This document shows positions 59,201-64,000 of a DNA stretch of 64,000 nt, in pieces (the stretch's first letter is position 1; the number at the start of each line of letters is the position of its first letter). The notes under the pieces are model-generated. The model was not told the origin of the DNA, made no database searches, and was given only the letters and a program-made list of their open reading frames with translations. The translations under genes and the position numbers were made by a program. The DNA is from a virus (lineage: Duplodnaviria > Caudoviricetes). Location: positions 96,001-160,000 of IMG/VR virus record IMGVR_UViG_2974666281_000001; one strand, 5' to 3'.

Positions 59201-60031
59201 AATAAAAATGGTAACTTGACTTCAGCAGGACAAATTGCCGCTCCTTCAGTAGATGTTTCAAAATCTTATAAGCTGAACGGTGTAAACGTTTTAACTTCAG
59301 AAACAATTGGTGTTACCCCAGTCGTTTCAGTTGGTTCAACTACTCAAAAATTAGTTATCAAAACAGTTGATGCTGGAAAAATCGATATCTATGATAAAGA
59401 TTCTCCATCAACTCCTTATACTGTTCTGACTACTAAAAACGCAGTTGATATTGTTGGCAATAACTTTGTTAAGAAAATTGGTGATAACATGAGCGGTCGC
59501 TTAACAGTGAACGCTGCAATGTCAATCATCATGGACCAAGACAAAGCCATGCTTCCATTATCTTCTGAAACAATCGGTACTTGGTCTACTGAAATCACTA
59601 AGAAAACCCATTACGATAAATTACCTGGTTATGTTGTCCCAGTATTTGTTGAGGGTGAAGAAGGCGGTTCTACCGGTATAGTTGAGCGTTATGAAGAAGT
59701 TAAATCAATAGGAACTATGTCTCAGTTCGGTGTATCTGCAGCATATACTTATCGCATTTGGACTCCTCGTCCACAGGTTCCACAGGATAACCATAATGCG
59801 GTTTCAATGTATATGCAGATGTGGGATTCTGCTCGTAACACATGGGGTCAATGGTCTCGTATGTTTACTTCAGAGGCTCCTCCTACTGCGGCTGATATCG
59901 GTGCTGTTTCTACCGCTGGTTCTGCATTCGATAACTTGAAAATCCATAAATGGCTTCAGATCGGTAATGTACGTATTGAACCAGACGAAACAACTCGTAC
60001 TGTTAAATTCACTTGGGTTGATAATCCATAA
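56261..60031 (+). CDS. gp34: long tail fibre proximal subunit gp34
   Basis: FRATSGLDAGGEKVINV, repeated ATQ.E...GTDD..IVTPKKL units, WLQIGNVRI C-terminus; 1256 aa. Confidence 0.97.
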   Translation: MADILKPAFRATSGLDAGGEKVINVSKADFNTKTDGVNVEFFIEENTIQEYDSTRGYRKNFAVMFDGRIWTAKEDIAAPAGTFQEPRWTALRTDAKWKYVTSGANNALKSGDYISVSTETSDVGFVLPNTPQDGDTIVIKDVGGKVGYNSLKVKISNQSIIRFNVPVSEVIITKARAESIFIFSNRQWQFYSYEEDEHAIRVTSAAEHRATAGEHIFRTHANPGLVKVMLPKFANNGDIIYFTDLDGLGPIHHLQLRTFDDSTSIGKAGVHQAEYRTSGDGLVVFDAAEKVWRTWDGDLRTRLRIIRDDVKLMPNESVMVFGTNNAIEKTINVELPLSVALGDKVRIAMNYMRKGQKVVIKAAEGDTIATSKSLLQFPKRSEYPPEVEWVQVTSLTFDGTQDYVPIIELSYIEDGTKHYWVVSTNDPTVERVDSKTDETRKRLGVIALASQTQANVDKENNPEKELAITPETLANRTSTESRRGISRLATTAEVVQDSNFAFLDDVIVTPKKLNQRVATETSRGLAEIATQTETNQGTDDTTIITPKKLEARRATENMAGIAKLVSTVGTTAGVDRATKGTNVYDYDNNTDIVTPKSLAQQKATYTEQGSLFIATANEVISGVSQEGFQTAVTPVELHKKTATETRIGFSELATQAETDAGTDDFRIVTPKKLNDRKAREDLTGLARIATQVEFDAGTLDNVISTPLKVKTHFNDTARTSVVTDSGLVEQGTLWNHYTLDIQEASETQRGTARLATQGEVDTGTDDKTVVTPLKLHKKKATESTEGIVKIATQVETVAGTSSITAVSPKNLKHVIQVEKTWEASPILRGLVKISENAITWEGNNVDGSTKPLENYEKSGYAISPYELNKTLANYLPKMGQAEDSRNLDGLDSSQFIRRDIDQTVNGKLTLTKETTVSAPIVSTSTAKFDSVTSVKSVTIGDGTGDAVFNMLGKDNPWNVSSLTSKETLEFKSGDTNALVINKNGNLTSAGQIAAPSVDVSKSYKLNGVNVLTSETIGVTPVVSVGSTTQKLVIKTVDAGKIDIYDKDSPSTPYTVLTTKNAVDIVGNNFVKKIGDNMSGRLTVNAAMSIIMDQDKAMLPLSSETIGTWSTEITKKTHYDKLPGYVVPVFVEGEEGGSTGIVERYEEVKSIGTMSQFGVSAAYTYRIWTPRPQVPQDNHNAVSMYMQMWDSARNTWGQWSRMFTSEAPPTAADIGAVSTAGSAFDNLKIHKWLQIGNVRIEPDETTRTVKFTWVDNP

Positions 60032-60039
60032 GAGGTATT

Positions 60040-61191
60040 ATGTCTAATATTATGGCAGGTTTTGGCGAAGGATTTGTCGAAACTCAAATTATGTCAGAAA
60101 ATAATGCCGTAAGATATAAACTCTCAGTAGCTGCCGGGCTGAAAAGCTCGGCTCCTTCAAATGAATATATTTTACTGCAGGATAAGCCATTAGGAGAACA
60201 AGGAAATTCTCCTGGGATGAATGTTCGCGAAATAAATCTTTCTACTAATACAGTTATCTCCCGCAAAATATTTGATTTCAAAAATGGTGAACTTGTAGGA
60301 GCTAATAAAAGCTTTGTCGATTATATGACTTCACTTGTGGCTAAAGATAATACAATTATTGTACTAAGCACTGGGGATAGACTTTATTCTAGCGAAACTG
60401 TTGATAATTGGTTCAAATCTGTTGCATCTCCTAGTTGGCCAGGCACATGGATGTGCTCTAAATATCCATGTTCTTATGTTGCGTTTTATTCAGTTCATAA
60501 GAAAAAAATCATACAAGAACACACAACTTATTCTGACGGGGTCCTTCGTGATGAAGATGTAAGAGCTCAATTAGAAGTAGTGTATGACAAGTTTGATGAT
60601 ATTGGAGCCACTGGATTTGTTAAAAGAGCCATAGAAGAAGCTGATGAAGCTTCTAGTGCTACCGAGTATGAATTTAAACGATATCCTTCTGGAGCGCCTA
60701 TCATTGCTTCAATGAAAGACTATTCTATTACTCCTGGTTCAAAGCTTAAGGCTTCTTTTGAGCTATTTGCGGATAAAGCGCTTCTAGATTCAGGACAATC
60801 CACTAGATTAAATTTTAGATGGTTTAAAGGAAGTACGATTCTGACGTCTCAGGCTAACGAGGTGCCCATCGGACAATCAGATAGATGGATAAAGTACGAA
60901 CGATATATAGACGTTCCTGCTACTGCTGACGGCTTCACGGTAATTGCTGCTCGATATCCTCGTCAAGATACTAGTGTAGGACTAGGCGCTGTAAGAAATC
61001 TAATCCTTCTTGAAGTTTCTAGACAAGATGAAGCAATTAGTAGATCAGCTGAATTTGGTGTAAATGGTATAAGAATGAATAAAGCTATAGATGGACAGAA
61101 TAGTGAACTTCTTATTCTTCCAGACACTAAAGATGATCCATCCGGTGAAATTAGATCTGCTGAATTTAGAGAATACGCGAAAACTGTATAA
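60040..61191 (+). CDS. gp35: long tail fibre hinge connector gp35
   Basis: MAGFGEGFVETQIMSENNAVRYKLS, AEFGVNGIRMN. Confidence 0.94.
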   Translation: MSNIMAGFGEGFVETQIMSENNAVRYKLSVAAGLKSSAPSNEYILLQDKPLGEQGNSPGMNVREINLSTNTVISRKIFDFKNGELVGANKSFVDYMTSLVAKDNTIIVLSTGDRLYSSETVDNWFKSVASPSWPGTWMCSKYPCSYVAFYSVHKKKIIQEHTTYSDGVLRDEDVRAQLEVVYDKFDDIGATGFVKRAIEEADEASSATEYEFKRYPSGAPIIASMKDYSITPGSKLKASFELFADKALLDSGQSTRLNFRWFKGSTILTSQANEVPIGQSDRWIKYERYIDVPATADGFTVIAARYPRQDTSVGLGAVRNLILLEVSRQDEAISRSAEFGVNGIRMNKAIDGQNSELLILPDTKDDPSGEIRSAEFREYAKTV

Positions 61192-61195
61192 CATA

Positions 61196-61228
61196 GGGAG
61201 ACTTCGGTCTCCCATTTTCGTATAAATA
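61196..61228 (+). terminator. terminator after gene 35 followed by late promoter for 36
   Basis: GGGAGAC-TTCG-GTCTCCC-ATTTT, then TATAAATA at 61221-61228. Confidence 0.85.
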
Positions 61229-61252
61229 CGCTTATTAATAAGAGGACACATC

Positions 61253-61912
61253 ATGGCCGATTTAAAAGCTAGTTCTACGGTCGGAGGAGCAGTCATTTGG
61301 CACCAAGGTAATTTTCCTTTGTTCCCAGTTGGTGACTCTCTTCTGTACAAAACATTTAAGGTTTATACAGAAAAAGATAAGCCACAAGCAATAGATAATG
61401 ATTTTGTTTCTAAAGCTCAAGGCGGCGAATATCTTAAAGCAGTGAATTTTGTTGAAGGCTTTGGATTCACAGATAATAATGGATACAAGATTAAATTTGG
61501 CAAGCCAGGTTCTACCGAGCCTACTGTAAATTATTCAGCGTCTATTAAGATTGAATCACCATTTGCTTTCGAAACTAGTGAAAATAAACCATTTATTATT
61601 TTTGACCCAAGTCAGGATTTAAGCAATCCACGTTTGACAGTTATGGGTAAAGTTATTGCTGGAGAGGTTTGGGATTCTAATACAAGAGTCTTTAGTCCGG
61701 CTAACCCACCTACTCCTACAGATGTAAGTCTTGGTAATGTAACTAATGACAAACAGGTCAAGATAAATACTACTGACTTACAGACTATGAAAGGTGAGCT
61801 TCGAGCCCCTAATATGTCTAGTGAAAATCCGGCAATTGAGCCGAACCAATTAACTCGATACGACCAAACGGTTCTTCGAGATGCAGACCAAGATTTCGGC
61901 TATTACAGCTAA
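61253..61912 (+). CDS. gp36: long tail fibre distal connector gp36
   Basis: MADLKASSTVGGAVIWHQGNFPL, DNDFVSKAQGG, QDFGYY. Confidence 0.95.
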   Translation: MADLKASSTVGGAVIWHQGNFPLFPVGDSLLYKTFKVYTEKDKPQAIDNDFVSKAQGGEYLKAVNFVEGFGFTDNNGYKIKFGKPGSTEPTVNYSASIKIESPFAFETSENKPFIIFDPSQDLSNPRLTVMGKVIAGEVWDSNTRVFSPANPPTPTDVSLGNVTNDKQVKINTTDLQTMKGELRAPNMSSENPAIEPNQLTRYDQTVLRDADQDFGYYS

Positions 61913-61920
61913 GAGGACAT

Positions 61921-64000
61921 ATGGCAACTTTAAAACCAATACAATTTAAAAGAAGTAAAACAGCTGGTTCAAGACCTTTGCCTGAACAAGTATTAGAAGG
62001 TGAATTAGCCCTGAACCTCGAAGATCGTATGATTTTCACTAAAGATGATGAAGGGAATATCATTGACCTTGGTTTTGCAAAAGGTGGTCGTGTAGACGGC
62101 GATATTGTTCAGGTTGGTAATTACACTCAAACCGGGGATTACACTACTTCCGGGGACATCAATGCTAAAACTATAACAGCTTCAGCGGGTGTAGTTTCTA
62201 ATGGCGATTTAAAAGCTTCTACTGGGGTTATTAGGACTAGAGGTGGTAATAGTGGGAACGCTCATCTTTGGTTTGAAGGTGAAGAAGTAGGCCTAACTAA
62301 TAATTATGAAAGAGGCGTCATGTACGCTTTACCACAAACCGCTACTGAAGGGACTATTAACCTTAGGGTTATGAATGGTTTTGATAATAGCAAAGCCCAA
62401 TCTTTATTTAGCTTCCGTGGTAACGGTGATTTTTCAGCTCCAAGAGATTTAGTATCTCAACGTGGGCGTTTTTCTATCGAAGCTGTGGCCCCTACAATTA
62501 ACACAACTCGTATTTACACAAGAGATAAACCTTGGCGGTCAAATAGCGATGAATCTTATGGGTGGTTAGATTTAGTTAATTATGTTCCTGGAGAAAACGG
62601 GGCACTAGCATTAAACTATGTCTATAAAGGTCGAGCCATGTCTGGCGGAACCATTTGGCATCAATTGGTTGATGAAAGAACCGGTCCTGAATGGGCTCTT
62701 TATACTGGTAGCGGTCCTGAAAATAAAGCTTTTGCAGTAGGGTCATCCGCAGGTAAAGGTCTCGGTAACTTCACAGGCAGTTTACATGTAGGTAATCCAG
62801 GATATTCTGCTATTGGCAATAACTCTATTACTATTGGCGAAACTAATACTGGTTTAAGACAAACTTCAGCAGGTAATTTAGATTTCTTATCGGCTAATAA
62901 TATGGCTTTCAGATTTTCTGCAGGTGAAGCCATAAACCGTTCTTATAATCGATTACACGTCCAGCATTCTGATGCTAATGGTAATGCTGTTAATCCACCA
63001 GCTAATAATGCTCAACTACAAGTAAATACTTCAGGTGATGAAAATAACGCAGGCGGAAACGGATTAACCTTAATAGGTTATTATGCTGGAGCTACAGGCG
63101 AATACAATCATTATTTCCGTGGTAAAGGTTCTGCATCTTTTGATATGCAACGTGGTATAAACATTAACCAAGGTGGCCTTAATGTTTATAATGGTTTAAC
63201 GAATGTAGGCCAAATTAATTTAACAGGTTCAATGAATACTACTAACGTTCCACAAGGAACTTATAAATGGGACGATTTGAACACTGTAGCTGCTGATGCT
63301 AAATCTTATTTACGTAGATTCCGTTCAAGAAATAACTCAACGATTTGGCATGAAACAGTCGAAGGTGGAATTTGGCGTTTATCTACTGGTTCTACTGACG
63401 CTCAAGAAGAATTACAAATTAGTACTAGTGGTATGTTTAGGGTCAGAGGGGAAGTAGTTGCTCTTGGAAATGGTGGAGCCTCTGGGACTGGAAACCATTT
63501 CCGTGCCGTGTATGGGAATTACGGATTCTTTATTCGTAATGATGGTAGCAACACTTATTTTATGTTGACTAATTCAGGCGACCAATATGGTACATGGAAT
63601 AGTTTCCGTCCTTTTACTATCAACAATGTGTCAGGACGTGTTTCAATGGCTAACGGCGTTGGTATTAGTGGCGGACTGACTGTTGCTCCAGGCATTGAAT
63701 CGGAATATGTTAAAACTTATACAGGTAGTATAGGTCATGGCTCTTGGGCTTCACAGAATGATAATGAAGCAATGATTTTCCAAAGAATTACTAGTGCTTC
63801 TACTTCTGAATACTGTCCTATTCTTAAGCAAAAATATATTGGCGGAAATAGAACTTGGTCAATAGGTACTTTGATTAACGTAGGTTCTTTCCACATCCAT
63901 ATGAAAGATTCTGCTGGTAATGACAGAAACTTTGCTTTTCAACCTAACGGTGATTTTAATGGTGCTAATACCATTAATGCATCAGCTATATCTGTAGGCA
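61921..64000 (+). CDS. gp37: long tail fibre distal subunit gp37, runs off window end
   Basis: MATLKPIQFKRSKTAGSRP...EGELALNLEDRMIFTKDDEGNIIDLGFAKGG; frame open to window end; GAGGA SD. Confidence 0.95.
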   Translation, partial: MATLKPIQFKRSKTAGSRPLPEQVLEGELALNLEDRMIFTKDDEGNIIDLGFAKGGRVDGDIVQVGNYTQTGDYTTSGDINAKTITASAGVVSNGDLKASTGVIRTRGGNSGNAHLWFEGEEVGLTNNYERGVMYALPQTATEGTINLRVMNGFDNSKAQSLFSFRGNGDFSAPRDLVSQRGRFSIEAVAPTINTTRIYTRDKPWRSNSDESYGWLDLVNYVPGENGALALNYVYKGRAMSGGTIWHQLVDERTGPEWALYTGSGPENKAFAVGSSAGKGLGNFTGSLHVGNPGYSAIGNNSITIGETNTGLRQTSAGNLDFLSANNMAFRFSAGEAINRSYNRLHVQHSDANGNAVNPPANNAQLQVNTSGDENNAGGNGLTLIGYYAGATGEYNHYFRGKGSASFDMQRGININQGGLNVYNGLTNVGQINLTGSMNTTNVPQGTYKWDDLNTVAADAKSYLRRFRSRNNSTIWHETVEGGIWRLSTGSTDAQEELQISTSGMFRVRGEVVALGNGGASGTGNHFRAVYGNYGFFIRNDGSNTYFMLTNSGDQYGTWNSFRPFTINNVSGRVSMANGVGISGGLTVAPGIESEYVKTYTGSIGHGSWASQNDNEAMIFQRITSASTSEYCPILKQKYIGGNRTWSIGTLINVGSFHIHMKDSAGNDRNFAFQPNGDFNGANTINASAISVG

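Overview
A 64-kb slice of a T4-like (Tevenvirinae/Straboviridae) myovirus genome, colinear with T4 from the 3' end of gene 13 to the 5' part of gene 37. It contains the neck/tail/head genes (13-24), rnlB-hoc-inh, uvsW/uvsY, baseplate hub genes (25, 26, 51, 27, 28, 29, 48, 54), alt, DNA ligase and the variable 30.x region, rIII/31/cd, pseT, spanins, alc, rnlA, denA, intron-less nrdB/nrdA/td, frd, the 32-59-33-dsbA-rnh cluster and long tail fibre genes 34-37. T4-type early, MotA-dependent middle and TATAAATA late promoters, UUCG terminators and the gene 32 pseudoknot are all recognisable. Departures from T4: (1) a DAHP synthase whose feedback-inhibition determinants look naturally ablated; (2) a stand-alone DprA/SLOG protein translationally coupled to RNA ligase 2; (3) two free-standing homing endonucleases at non-T4 positions (an apparently leaderless HNH between 18 and 19, and a GIY-YIG between 33 and 59); (4) several unannotated microproteins (a 31-aa Zn ribbon, a 33-aa membrane peptide behind the spanins); (5) expanded paralogue families of unknown early proteins; (6) a one-Ig Hoc; (7) long intergenic palindromes and promoter-in-hairpin cassettes. 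No tRNA, CRISPR array, intron or intein was seen. Gene names rest on remembered similarity to T4 proteins plus synteny; no database search was run.
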